Notes: generated from the sequence alone by a model not told the origin. Positions 22,197-43,759 are shown, counted from the first letter of the stretch. The stretch is DNA of 64,000 bases from Klebsormidium nitens (GCA_000708835.1 DF237128.1:1-64000); one strand, 5' to 3'. Translations and numbers: made by a program.

Positions 22197-24664
22197 CTAC
22201 ATACACTTCGATTCACACACGGACCGCACATGATTGCTGCGAACTAGAAGTGGCCGACAAAAGCGCGCCTCTTGATAAGAGGCTGCAGGTTGTACGAATT
22301 CTTTGCTGGCCGCAATACTTGGAGGCGGGCGGAGCTCCCGGGGGCGACCTGGAGCGCGCTCGCGTCGACAATCAGCGCCCATTTGCACAGAAGCCGGAAA
22401 CCTTTGTTCTACAACGTCAATCTGGTTGCTGAACGAGCCACTTTTATCAAGTCGTTGTTGAACAGCCAATCAAGCGGCCGCAAAGCAATCACAATGAATC
22501 AAGCTATATAATACGTCGCCATTTCTTTCAATCAGAAACTGGGTTTAAATAAGGGACGCTCGCACGTGATTGACAGCGAAGTTAGCAAGTCACCTGAGCC
22601 AAAAACTACAAAACAGAGAAAGCCGCCGTCAAGAAGACTAACACTAATAACGGACCACAGAACAACAGAAGGAGACTTCAAAAGAGGCTCCAGCCGTACG
22701 GACCCTGGTTGATTGGGCATCTGGCGAATTTCAAGGGTATATGACATAATTGGGCAAGCCTTGAAGCTGCAAAACGAGGACGAGGACTTTCTCACCAGGA
22801 TGTCACGTACTACGAACTTTGTCGAAAGAAAGGCCACTATCTGAACACGGGCCTGGGGCCAAACGATTGCATGTCGAAAAACGTTACTCAAGTCGTCAAG
22901 AAAAAGAGAACACTTTAGCCAATGTCCCAAAAGGGAAGCCCGATTCTGAGTCGCCAGCCTAGATAGAATACTTGACGCAGTTTAGATCTGTGGATTCCGG
23001 ATGCTGCCGAACGAGATTGAGGAGCTCATCAAACCAACGACGTCAACGCTCAGATGGTCGACAAGGAACCGCGGCAAAAATATACAGACTAACGAGATTT
23101 CAGATGTACCAAGGACGCGCCCGCAAAAGCACTCCCTACCCGGTCGATGAGGGCGGTTTCAACGCAGCGCGCCCCGGTACACCGGTACAGCCTAGCGGGG
23201 CTGACACCGATCGAGCTGACCCAGTATGGCGCCAACTGGCAGTGGGAAAAGGAGAGAGGGAAACAAAGTGGCCGATTGCCGCTAGCACATGTACAACCTC
23301 TGCTCGATGTGGGACTCAACACCAGTCTGCACCACCAGCGTCAGGAATTTCAGCTGAGCAAGAGTTTGGACCGGTGAGCAGCTTGTCACAGGTGCAGCCG
23401 CATCGCGGAGAAAAAATCGAAACATTGCTGATCGCCGAACCTGATTACAGATCATTTGGACCGAACGGCCCCAAGAGGGCGGGAATGCTCAGGAAGACGG
23501 CGAGTCGTCAAGGAGTCGTCATCCGTAACGCAGCTGAGACAGATCGGAAAGCTGGAGGTTCATTTCGCCCGATACTGCCAAGGAAGAGACGATCGCGGCG
23601 CTCACCCGGATTGCAAGCTGACTCGGTGGACTCCTTCTACTAGATTGACCCCTTGACGGACAGCCGGGCCTAGCATCATAGCATACTAAATGTCTGTGAC
23701 AGCGGGGCAAACGTTGGAAGATAAGCTACGAGCGCTCGAGCGGACAACGATTGACGGAAAAGTAAACGTAGACGGCCAAACTCACTGGCGGCACAGCGGA
23801 TCGGCAGATTATCAGCCGGCGAGATCGCGGGATGGATTGACATCCAAGTTGATGTGTTGATGGTTCCTTTCATCACTGTAGACTCGTCTAGAACTTGGAA
23901 TACAATCTGACGGCGTCAGATCTAGGCCTCGACGTCACCAGCCCATATTCTCATATTCCAAACGGGTTCTCGGGTTCTAAACAAGTTACTATTTCTGGTG
24001 CTGGTGCAGCACCAGGCCGGCCGCCCTGCAGCCGCAAGCTCGCCGCGGCCGCCAGCGCGCGGGCCACCGTCCCTGCGCGGGCTGCGCGACGCGCACGGTC
24101 TAATTCGCAGCCAGGTGTCGTTGTACGGAACCAGTTTCGAGTTTCCGCCCAATCGGATGCCAGCTCTGGAGATTCTCTCCCTGCTTGGGTACCAGGCTAG
24201 TCCGATTTTGTTCTTCAACCTGAGGTCCCGAGTGCAGTGGCATGCACACAAGCCGGGCAGTACATACGGCCATACCGTACTGCATGCAAGGTATGAGGCC
24301 TCTACCTATGTATGTACGTCAGCGTCGGCATCAGCACCCCTCCCTTCAGAGCAATTCGCCGAGCCGCGCGGTCTGCTCTTGGATATTGTAATAGGTAGGC
24401 ACCTCAGACACAAGGGCCTGATCAGATTCCCCAGAACTTTTGAAATAGGTAGACCAGATAGAAGTCGAACCAGCTTAATTTGGGTCCTCGGAATCACTCG
24501 CTCGCCAAGTGATTGCTTCAAACAACATTATTGTGGATCCGGCATTTGCTAAAACAACGCAAGCCTTGAAATACCTGTTGCACCATCTAATCTGGTGCGC
24601 TGAGCTGTTTGCATTGCTAGTTTGCGAGTTGCACCCAGCTTGTTGAGCTCGTGAAGCTGCAACC

Positions 24665-26471
24665 ATGGCAGCCGCGGCAGCTGAGACCTTGAACACGACG
24701 GCGCACCACAACAAGGGCAAAGTGCTGGTGGGCATGAGCAGTGCCGATTACATCCGCACGAGCGACAACAAGAAACATGCGACAGGCTTCTTCTTGAGGG
24801 AGCTCGGGCGGCCGCTGATCAAGCTCCTGGAGGCAGGGTATGATGTGGAGGTAGGTCCGGGGGGCAAGGCCAAAGTGGAGCCATTTTTCCTCTCAAATTG
24901 GGACGCTGATTGCTCGCTAGCGACAGCTTGTGCAGAAAGGTCTGGGCTTTGTATCGACAATGTCAGCGGCATGTCTGACAGGAAGCTGTGCTATGCATGC
25001 AAGCAGCATAGCTCAGATGACAGGGTTGAGCTTGCTGATCTTGGAAAGTAAGATGGAGCAGGGGTCGTGTTTTGCCTGAGATATTCTACGGAGTGTAGCT
25101 CGCGAGTGCAACTGACTTACTTTTAGTAGAATCTGCGCCAAGATTGGTGTTGTATGGTTTGCATGCAAAAGTGGCCCACCACAGTGGGATAGACAAGTAG
25201 CATCCTTTTTGAGGAGTTATGCGAGCTCTGCTTTGGGTTGCTGTGCCACAAGCTCTGAAAGTTCAAGACTTGCATATGCAACCCGACAGGTGAGAAATCT
25301 TGTGGGACCACTGCGTTGACTTCGTAGTTTCACCAGCTCATGTTTCAGTTACTTACCTACGTAAAATTATGTGAGATATTTTATCTTCCGATTGTTGCAG
25401 TTTGCCAACCCCCAGGGCAACCCGCCCGCCTTGGACCCCATGAGTGACAACAAGATCTGGTTCCCCATGTCTTTGGGAGCGGAGAAAGAGCACGAGAAGC
25501 AGCTGCTCGAGCGGCTGGGGGTGGAGAAGAACTTCAAGAACCCGCGCCGATTTGCTGATATTGGCGACCAGGAGCTGGTGGGATATGCGGGCATCTTCTT
25601 GCCGGGGGGTCATGCGCCCATGACGGACCTGTGGAACGACAAGGATCTGGGCCGCATCCTCATGCACTTCCACAACAGGAGCAAGCCCACAGGTGAATGC
25701 GGGCAGGGGGGGGGGGCCTTGTCGTTGCTTGTGCATCAAGGTCTCAGTTTTTGTACACGTCAACGACCTGAAGCGTTGCAACAAAGTCACTGAGGATAGA
25801 GTAGTTTCTGTGCTCGAATGAGCCGCTTCTGATAGTGAGTGTTCTCTGCAGGCATCATCTGTCATGCCCCGGTTGCCCTCTTATCGACGACGCTGGTACA
25901 GCCAAAACCCTGGACATATGAGGGCTATCAGATGACGTGCTACAGCAATGCAGAGGAGAAGATGAACGAAATGCTGTGGCGCTCCAGTCTGCAGTTCAAG
26001 GTGAAGCCTATTACAATTCGGACGTGTTTCCTTGATATCTCATCGCAAACTTTTGGCGCAGCTAAGATCATGAGCAGCCTCAATCCGCCCTTGGTCAAAG
26101 TTTTGATGTCTGCAATAACCATTTAACGAGGTTAACTCCATTTAAACTGCCAGACAAGCGGTTGTTCCTCAACGAACAGCTCTGTGGAAATTTCGCAAGA
26201 TTTGGAAACTATGGTGCAGTCAACATCCAGACCGGGTGACCTTTGCAAAATTGCAATCGATCCTGACGGCTCTTTCTGTGATTAGGCTGAGGATGCTCTG
26301 CGGAACAGCGGCGCCATCATGAAGGAGGCGCTGCCAATGATGCCCAATGTGGTGGAGGACAGGGAGCTCATCACAGGACAGGGGCCCACCTCAGCGGACC
26401 GCCTCGGCGACGCCCTGGTCAAGGCGTTGGATCAGAGCTTGGGAGCTGTTCAAGGTCTAGCAGGGGCGTGA
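24665..26471 (+). CDS. DJ-1/PfpI (class I glutamine amidotransferase-like) protein, Hsp31/glyoxalase III type
   Basis: Exons: 24665-~24851 MAAAAAETLNTTAHHNKGKVLVGMSSADYIRTSDNKKHATGFFLRELGRPLIKLLEAGYDVE; ~25401-25692 FANPQGNPPALDP...YAGIFLPGGHAPMTDLWNDKDLGRILMHFHNRSKPT; ~25851-26000 GIICHAPVALLS...YEGYQMTCYSNAEE; 26286-26471 AEDALRNSGA...VVEDRELITGQGPTSADRLGDALVKAL...*. It has the conserved Glu (LRELGRP), PGGH and nucleophile-elbow Cys-His (ICH). Confidence 0.93.
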
Positions 26472-28258
26472 GCGTGGCCATGTACAACTGGACACCGACC
26501 CAAGGCAAATACTCGAGGTCTTTTTGATGGTGGAAGTTGTAGAATATGATTCGATACGCTTTTCCTTAAATCATTAATGTCACCATTTTGATTGTATGAA
26601 GGATTTTGGAGTGCAGGCTGGCCTCTGGCTGGATGAGTTATGCGATGGAAACGGTTTTTTCCAAAGCAAGAGGATCTACAAACGAGGATCTATAATCCGA
26701 ACATAATCTATGTATAATTTATACGATCGAGAATAGAGTAACATAGCAAGAATCGTTGATTAGTAATATAGGTCTGCTCAGATTTTGGCCTGTCTTTAAG
26801 TGCGACTTTGAGCTTTGCTTTTTGGCCAGCTCGACTCGGAATCTTGTTCTTATCTGTATTTAGATTCATAACTGTCTCGAAAATGCTGTTCTAAGAGTGC
26901 AATCTGCTCAATGTGCGCTGTCTATCCAAACATCGGTTACACTCCATTTCCAATATCATGCTGCCTGTTGATTGGTGAACATTAGTAGCTCCGTGCATGT
27001 CCCGAGTGACGGTACCTAGGCAAAGACGATGCAGCTTGCCCAAATCGACAATTCAAATAATGGCTTACCCTATATGGACTATAGCAAAGATTCACCTCGC
27101 ACCCGGGCATATGTACTTGAAGTATCGTTGGCCAAATCCACAGTAGACTTTGTGAAAGGAGCAGGCCAACCCCTCCGACCGTCTAGGTCCTATAGAGAAA
27201 GTTGCAAATTTCCGGATTGAACCAGCGGACCTTCGCACCGACCACAACGGGAGGCCACGTGGCAGTTGCATCGAACTGCACATAGCCAACCGAGCTAGCC
27301 GAGCGCGCAGAAGGATAAGCCGAAGTCACCACTCGAATATATGCGTACTCGGAGATAGGGGAGATAAGGAGTTGAAAGCTTAATGCATAGAGGACAAGTA
27401 TGCAGTTGGTAAACTTATTCTTGCATCTAGCTTTGGAGAAAAGAGCTAGCATGTTGTAGAACAATTGATCGTCGACTTAGCCGATCGCGGCTCCGAAACG
27501 ACCAATAAATTAATAACACTAGTAACTCGAGCTGCTATTTCTGGTTGCAAGAAAGCTGATTCTTGTGCCATTCCTCTGGTGAGCTCATCTAGCTGCGCCT
27601 TACGACATGTCTCATTATATAGGCGCATTAACTGCCTGTTGCGCAACCAGTGTATTTTCGTCATGGATGACTCGTTGTTATGAACCATGCAGTACTGCCC
27701 ATTTTCTCCATATGTGATCGCATGCAATCTTTTCTCCGTCTGCCGTAATGTACCGCATGGACCATGCTAGCTGGCCCGTCGTACTGTATGCACTTTCGCA
27801 AGATGGTGTGTATTTGAATGCATTGCTTCTATGTTGAAGGATGTAAGCCATTTGGATCTCATTGAACACTACCCATGTGCCCGACTCGGATAATTACTGA
27901 TGACGGCCTATTTGGTCGCTTGTGCGCAGATTGCGAAGCTGCGAAAACTCACGCCCAGAGCACCGGAGGCAACCAGACCAGATGATTCGGCTCGCAAGGG
28001 AATAGGCGCGAACATATCGTGACGAGATACAGGGAGTAACCCCCTGGACAACATGCCCGGCGTCTCTCATTTGCCCTGATCAAGCACTACGGCCGGAATG
28101 CATAGCAGCGCAACCATCTGGAAGACGGGGATATGCACTGTGATTCGGCAGGGTGCTTCCATTGCCGCCAACGAAGACAGAGCAACCAGTTGGACAGATC
28201 AACGCGAGCAAGACAAGCGTGCAACATTCATTACATAAATCCTAGTACAGTACAGTGC

Positions 28259-31200
28259 TCAGGCGTCCTGTCTCTTGGCTCTGTAGTACTCGGGGGCCTC
28301 CTTCAACCCTCTGGCGTGCAGCTCCGCCAGCTCTTGCGTCGTGAGCAGGCGCTGCCACTTTGGAGCCGGGGGGCACTCGAGAGACCGTAGCCGTTCGATC
28401 TCGGCCGCCATGCTCCCCGCGTCCACTCCTTGCACCATCAACTTGGCGGCCAGAAGCTTGCTGTCGGCTGCCCACCGCTTTCGGAAAGCCTGAACGCACA
28501 CGTTACCAAGGTTCGCAATTCTGCGGTGGCTCCTGGCTCATCACTGCCCAAAGGCCGCATTCGATGCTAACGATGGGATTCCGGCTTCGTGAGCTGTGAA
28601 ATCTATAGCTTTGACTGGTAGCCGAAAGACAGCCTACGCTCCACACGACAAGTCGTGGCAATACTGTTAGAACCTGTACAGCACGTTACTTTCCGGCCCC
28701 ACTGCGACAGCTTCCAGCGATGATCTGATATAGCAAGTTGGAAGGAGCGCAGCGTACCTGAAGCGCAAGCTGATGGGCCCGCATGCGCTCGCCAAACCGT
28801 CGTCTCTCCTCTTCGATGTATGTGACCGCAACCTGCATTTTGACGGCCCTGCAGAGCAGCAGCGAAACTCAGGTCAGTCCAGTCCAGAACTTCATCTAAC
28901 CGACACCCTACGCGAAAAGAAAGTTAATCAAACATTGCCTATCCCTAACAGCAAATCTGGAAAGCAACCAATATCCCGCTTAAGAAGGTATCAGGAACCA
29001 TGCACCAAGTACGACCCTACCTACAAGCAGCCAGCCACTACAAGACCACGATTCGTCCGCGGCAGAAACCCCAGCAGATCAAGTCGATCAGAATGGTCTT
29101 GTATCCCGTATGCTTGCAATACTGAACAGCCGCAAGAAGCGGACAACTTCCTCGAGCCTCCGCGTCGTCTCGACCTCACCGTGGGATGGTCACTCCCACA
29201 TAGGCGTCCGCCTGCTTCTCTGGCCCGGCCTTGCTCTCCGCAGCAGCCACGGGCCCCTCCTTGACGCTCCCGCCCTTGCCGTCCTTCGAGCCGCCTTTGC
29301 CGGCCGCTTCCCCTCCCTCGAAATGCACTCGCGCCGCCTTTCTGCGCAGAATCAAAGGAACGAACGGGCTCTTAGTACGGGCGCTGATTGCGTGCAGTGG
29401 TTCTTAAATTAGTAGTTTACACTCGTTTGCACTCGTGCCTTTTGCTATGGAGCTTCGATCGTCCCTCAAACTTCAAGAGCGATGCGCAATGCGGAGAGCC
29501 GACCAGAGCCCGCCGTATGGTGCCAGGCTGCGACGGCCCGCGGGCGTGCGCTCTCACCGTTTGCCTTTGGTCGCGACCTGTGCGTGCAGCGTGAGGTCCC
29601 TCTCGTACTTCTCCCACAGCTCGCACACCAGCACCTGTCGCGCCGCGCTCACCGCGCAGTGGTCCTTGAGGCACCGCTGCAGCAGCACACCCGCACAAGC
29701 GTCAAAAGGCACCTCGATAAGGATCTTTGACTCAAACAGGACCGCCTTCACCTCTGAGACACTCAGCGGCGCTCCTCTCGCAGAAGCATAGGGTGAGGCT
29801 TCAGAATATTCGTCATGGTATTGTGACGCTTGTCCTGGTCGAAGAACGAGGCAGCCTGAGGTAGGCGGCCTCGGCGTTTCGGGCTGGTGGTCACCTGGAT
29901 GAGGACCACTTTGCTGCGGAAGGCGCGGAAGGCCGCCGCCACCATGTTCGCCTTGCTCACTTGCCGCAAGAAGCTCAGGATCGCGCCCGCATTCCGCTGG
30001 CGAGCCCGTATGCCGTGCACGAACGCCCAACGGCGAAAATTGCTGCAGAGCACCGAAGTAGGGCCAGTCATTCAGAGCACCTGCCAGCCTGGCCAAAAGC
30101 ACGCAAGAGTACTTCGAGAAAGCGCGTAGACGATCGTGACAAGCAAGGCGGGCGTTAAATTCATGTGGGCCCTCGCTGGGAAAAGCGAGGGCGCTCACCG
30201 TTGAATAAGAAGAGCACTCTGATTCCTGCGCTCTTGGCGCCTCATAACGAGGCCAGCCCGATACCACGTCTGGATCGTCCGCGCAGCCCGCACCATGCGG
30301 TGGCGCTTGAACTCCAGCACTCGGTGCTCCTGTTCCAAGGCACAGCCAGGCGGGTCAGGCAAGCGAGCGCAGCAACGGTGGGCAGAAAATCACTTATCAT
30401 AATCGACACTCATGGCGATTCACGGCAAACCTGGCTCCAATGGTTCTCAGCCCTGTTCACTTGCCTGCACCCTCTCCCCCAGGAGGCTCAGCCGGCTGAT
30501 GAGAGCCACGAGAGTCAACCACGCTTTCGACGTTGCCTCCTGTCTCTCTCGCGTCTGCCGTTTCCGCCGTTGTTCCTCGCTCTCCTGCAGCACTCGACAC
30601 AAGTTTGAGCGCATCTCCTGGTTGTCCTCGCGAAGCTTCCATTCACAGCAAGCGACACAGAGAGAGCCTTTTGCAAGGAAGAGTTCAAACATACTGCTCT
30701 CCACATACCCAGCAAATGAAAGTGTCCGAAAGAGGGCCCCCAGCCATGACGACAGGTGACGGGAGCCGGTGCAGCTTATGTTGCCAAGAATTAAGGCCCT
30801 CTTCGTTTGCAGTGCGCACCATCGGTCTTCCCAGAGCAAACGCCATGGCATGGCCGTCGTCGCCTTTGACCGAGCGGGCCACGGTCTGCCGCAGCCGCTC
30901 TTCATGCTCGGCCAGCTGCAGGAGCCGCCGCTCACGCGCGCGCTCTAGCCGCTCCTGCTTCTGGGCCATCTGCTCGTGCAACTGCAGAAACACGCGCACA
31001 ATGCTTTCTGCATTCTGGCTTCGCATTGGCAGCTTCATGTGAAGGGGCACCCTCTGAGCTCGACACTTTGCAATATCCAGTTTTTGGCATTTGAGACAAC
31101 TCCTCAATGATTGAAAAACGGATAGAGGTGAGCCGTTACTTGGTCCTTGTTCGTTACCTTTCTTCGCCGCTCCTCGAGCAGAATGTCTGGACTGAGGTTC

Positions 31201-32837
31201 CGCACTGACTCCTTATTCTTCTCTACGATGCCGTGGAGCTCAGCTAACACGCCCTTCCCTCGGGGATGCTGACTGTCGTAGAACGCTGCGAGAGTCGAAA
31301 GCCAGCTTCAGGATTATAGTTAAGCCATGTCGCTCATGACGAGCAAGAGGCTTCAGCCTCCCCTTCCGATCTGACAGACACCTTTTGAGGTGAAGCATTC
31401 CGGCATTCGACGATGAAAGTACGGGGCCTCCTCAGAGCAGAAGCATTGACACTTGAGAGCCGGTCTCACCTACACGCTCTTCCAAGGCAACCATCTGTTC
31501 CGGGTCAGACCTGTACATGGCCAACCTTGCGCGGAGCTCGTCGGGGATGGCTGCGGGATGTGGCGAGCCAAATGTGAGGCGACAGGGTAGCAGAGCAGCT
31601 GGACCCCGGAGCTGGACGGCTATCTGTCCCCCGGCTATCAATGCGTTTTCATTTCGAAACAGAGGCCAAGCTGACTGTGGCTTAAGGACAGCTCAGCAAG
31701 AAGCGGGGCCAATCCCCAACTTATGCATCTGTCATTGTCATAGATGCTTCTCATCATCAAAGGTCACGATGTTTTCCGGCACACAGCAAACGTGGGGCAT
31801 AAGCTTCAAAGATGGAGTACTCCCCACCTTTCTCCAAGTGTCGTAGTGATGGTGTCAAAAATGACAGGGCGCTCGATGATCTCCCCCTGCCGCGTGCATT
31901 TGAGGCCTCCCAAGCCCCTTCGACTGGATGGCTGCGGGGGGCACCAAACACTGCGAGAATACACAATTGGAGACACGAGTTGAGTGTCCCGTAACTCGTT
32001 GTACTTTGAACGAATTTTCAAGCCCGAGCTAGGCTGCGCATCACATGTCAGAGAAGAGACCCTTGGCAGAGAGGAAACTGTTCTGAGTGTTGAATCAGGA
32101 ACCATTTTTCTGCAAGACCTGGTCTCCTTCAGTGTGCTCGCAGCTCACTCTGGCCAGCTTCAGATGGCCCGGGGCTCTTGCTGCTGTAGTGGTCCAGAGA
32201 AGTAGGCAGGCGGAGGCATCTTTCCAGTGAGGGAAGACGCAGGAAGGTGGCGCCATCAGCTTTTGTCCTGAGCTCAGCTTCTGCTGCCTCCCAGCGGATG
32301 CGGGCCTGTTCTGCTTTCCTGTAAATCTCATAGACCTCAACATCTGCAGCTGCGATTATCTCCTCCAATGCAGCATTTGGTGCTGAGCTGGCATGGCGAA
32401 TGCAACGAAGCTCCAGTTCCTCCAATTGTGCAGTTGCCGGATTCAAATCGAAAGGGTGAACTTTCTTTTGGCTGTCTCCTTGCCCTGCAGACGATGGTGA
32501 TGTAAGACAGCAGCGACATGGAGAGATTATGGGGCTCACTTAGCTGAAAACTAGCTCAAAAGCAAAGCCAAGGTCTCACTGGCTGTCTGAACTTGTGCCT
32601 GAACTACCACCTGAGCTTATGTGATATTAAGTTCACGAGAGTGTCGAATCAAGACTTGACCCATCTGGAGCAGTTGCAGTAGAATAGTGTGTAGCATGAG
32701 CAGGCCACCTTACCATTTGCGCCAATCCCCTCATAGCGGTGCCAAGCAACTGAAGGTGGCATAGGAGAAACTCTTGCAATGCCGGGCAGGGACGACAGCT
32801 CAAAGTTTCTTGCTTTGCCAAATTCAGGACCTGCCAT
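28259..32837 (-). CDS. Multi-exon coiled-coil protein of unknown function (possible IQ-like motifs); exon structure only partly resolved
   Basis: Splice-bounded, codon-biased segments: ~32711-32837 MAGPEFGKARNFELSSLPG...; ~32130-32490 ...PFDLNPATAQLEELELRCIRH...KAEQARIRWEAAEAELR; ~31160-31290 FYDSQHPRGKGVLAELHGIVEKNK; ~30760-31040 MKLPMRSQNAESIVRVFLQLHEQMAQKQERLERARERRLLQLAEHEERLR; ~29895-30050 FRRWAFVHGIRARQRNAGAILSFLRQVSKANMVAAAFRAFRSKVVLIQ; ~29590-29750; ~29180-29345; 28259-~28490 ...KWQRLLTTQELAELHARGLKEAPEYYRAKRQDA*. Confidence 0.6.
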
Positions 32838-33726
32838 TGCTTAGGCAGGGTTCGCCCTGCAAACTCTCACTTAGTACCGGTGGTACCTTTAAAAGTGCTT
32901 TACACGTCAATCCAAATCATCCTCGCATCAATAGTATCAGAAGCCTTATCAAGTGATTTGCACAGCTCTCAAGCCAAGAATGCGAACTTCCGGCCTGGCA
33001 TAAAAGCATCCATAGCCTAGCTTCCTTTCTCCCTTCCCCTCTTCTTCTTGCCACCACGGGAACTTGCCAGAATTAGGGTTTTGTCCCTGTTTTGTCAACA
33101 AGACGGGTTTGCAACTCGCAGGTCTGAGCACATGTGCTCAGCTGGGGTTTTCCTAGTAGGTATAATACTATGATTGTCAAGGAGATACGGGCTTCGTTGG
33201 GTAACTTCTCCCGCTGATTATTCAATTTCAAAATTTCACCCGAATTACCGGTTGCAGTTCTATGAGAGGATATACGGAGTGGGCCCCAGAGTTCGATCTT
33301 TTCCAGAATGTATTTCTTCGTCTATCCAGGCAATAAACGTCAATGCTGCACCTGCCTAATATGAGGCTCTGATCAATTTGTCGATCAAAACGAGTGAGCT
33401 GTGTACAGCTGTGTCCAGCGTTTTGCAGCAAACCTCTTGCTGCATGATGAGCGAGATGGGCGCTTGAAGTTGCAACGGGTTGCTAGGAAGGAGCCTAGAC
33501 ATCCTACTATTGGAATACTGGGGAAGTTTTTACTTTCCAGGTTTGGCATCTTCAAATCCTAGCATCTAGCATCTTACAGCACCTTCTATCGTGCCGCCGC
33601 CAGCCGCTTCTCCTGCTGCAATCTCCTCCTGCCACAAGGCCCATGGTCGACTCATACGTCCTGTAGTCCTTCACTGCTTCTCCAAGTCAATTCGGTGAAA
33701 TCTCAATCAGGAAGTACAAGCAAAGC

Positions 33727-42070
<8,344 letters not shown>

Positions 42071-43387
42071 GGGATCCGCTTGTTGCAACGGTTGGTAGGT
42101 AGGTAGGTGTCTAAAATACTCGAAGATATCGCTTTGATCTGTGTATTCGCACACTGTGTCTGTGTCTGACTTCGCCTGCACATCATTGGCGGAGAATGGG
42201 CTGCGGCATCGCTAATCTAATCCGGAGGTGATCAGGCAGTGTTGTGCGCATGGATCCTTGCTGATGCTGCAATGTTGGCAACTTTGGTATGTGCATTGGT
42301 TGGCAGCCTGCTATTGCTCTTGGGATAGCTGTGCGAATTTTTGCCGCCTGGCAGCCTCTATGTTAGGAAGCACCAACATTGAAATCCAGGTCACTAGTGC
42401 AGTCAAATTACTAAGGAAGAGTCTCAGGCTCAAGCTAGATATGGGTGGTGCACCGACAGCACTGGCACAGGCCCGTTTGCAGTATCCGACTTCGTTCACA
42501 TGGCTTAGGATAGACGATCGCATATACTGTGCCCATAATATGTCGCAAAGACGGGTGCTATTGAGATTCACACCATGTATATGTACGTATTGCTGCACAC
42601 AATTAGCAGATCTGTGCTAGCTCTATCATACACCTCATGATCAGGTCATGATCTCGAACGGAGATTATTGCCAAGTACAGGATTTACAACTTCTGAGACC
42701 TGTGGGCGCATATGTTGTGTCAAGCTGCGCAATTGTAAATGATGCCGGGAAGAAAGTGCCGACTGATTCTTCTCAATAAGAATAGTCAATGGGTCCTTGG
42801 GACAAAACAATTTGGCAAGTGGACGTTCAATGTCCAGCTCATCTTCTACCCATTCATGGGTGAGTAATTGCATTGTATGCTGTCACAGGGATGACCCGAT
42901 ACCCTGGTCTCCAACATGCCGAGCTTACATGCCTTGGCTCATGGCCTCCCGTCTCTGCAGAATTGGGGGATTGAAAGCATTTGGCAAGATGGCAAGACAA
43001 TTGTGAAGCATGTTTCCCATCAACGTCGGAGCCTTCTTCAGTACTCTGTGGTATCCAGAGATACCATTTGTCTTTATAAGGTTAATCCAGAACAGAATTA
43101 TAGAGATGCTGTAGCCGGATATCAATATTATCTCAAAAACCCATTCTGCTTACTGCAAAGATCTTTTGCAAAAAGAGTCACAGTAACTTGCCCTCTGACG
43201 AGTACTGAAAAATTACCAATGAGAAACATTCGCCACGTAGGCTGGCGGCAGCAGGCAGCTACACTATTGGGCTCCTCCTGCATCTACGAAGTATTTGAAG
43301 TGTCGAGGAGAAGCATTGTGAAAGAGTCCTTCACAGCCCACCTTGGTGTTTCCTAGCAGCTTGTGAAAGCTGCAACTTGTAAGGTCG

Positions 43388-43759
43388 CTAACCAGGGCCC
43401 ACTTTGGGGATATCATAGTGCTCTGTCAAGCTGGCTAATCTTTCATTGAAGTTCTGGACCCGCTCCCGATGGGACATCACAGCTTCTTTTTGCAACCGCC
43501 TTGCTTCTATTTTCCCCAGAGCTGCATCGTACTTCTTCTCCGCTGCGGTTCTGTGATCCTCGTCCTGCCCTGCCTCTGCTTCATCTCCATCGTGCTCTAA
43601 TCTTTCTCCGCCGCTGCCTGCCCGCTCCTCAGCCACTTCCTTCAGCACCAAAGCAAGCTGGTCCTTGGACTTCTTCTTCTTCTTCTTGATGCCCCCCTGC
43701 GAGGGGAGCTCCTTTCCTTTCAGCTTCAGTTTGCCTTTCACCACATGTTCTAGCGACAT
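43388..43759 (-). CDS. FAM32A: FAM32A-like protein, CDS intronless
   Basis: 123-aa ORF with VVKGKLKLKG...IKKKKKK, RTAAEKKY and SHRERVQNFNERLASLTEHYDIPKVGPG*, the signature C-terminus of FAM32A. Confidence 0.95.
   Translation of the reverse strand: MSLEHVVKGKLKLKGKELPSQGGIKKKKKKSKDQLALVLKEVAEERAGSGGERLEHDGDEAEAGQDEDHRTAAEKKYDAALGKIEARRLQKEAVMSHRERVQNFNERLASLTEHYDIPKVGPG

Noticed and set aside
23895-24200. Ala/Arg-rich segment that could be a transit-peptide exon for the DJ-1 gene
   Set aside because: An in-frame TGA lies seven codons before the DJ-1 ATG (24665), after the likely acceptor, so it cannot extend that CDS. It is probably 5' UTR or promoter.
42200-43360. Short ORFs between the UBP12 and FAM32A stops
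   Set aside because: This is a convergent 3'-UTR region with no recognisable motifs or consistent exon chain.
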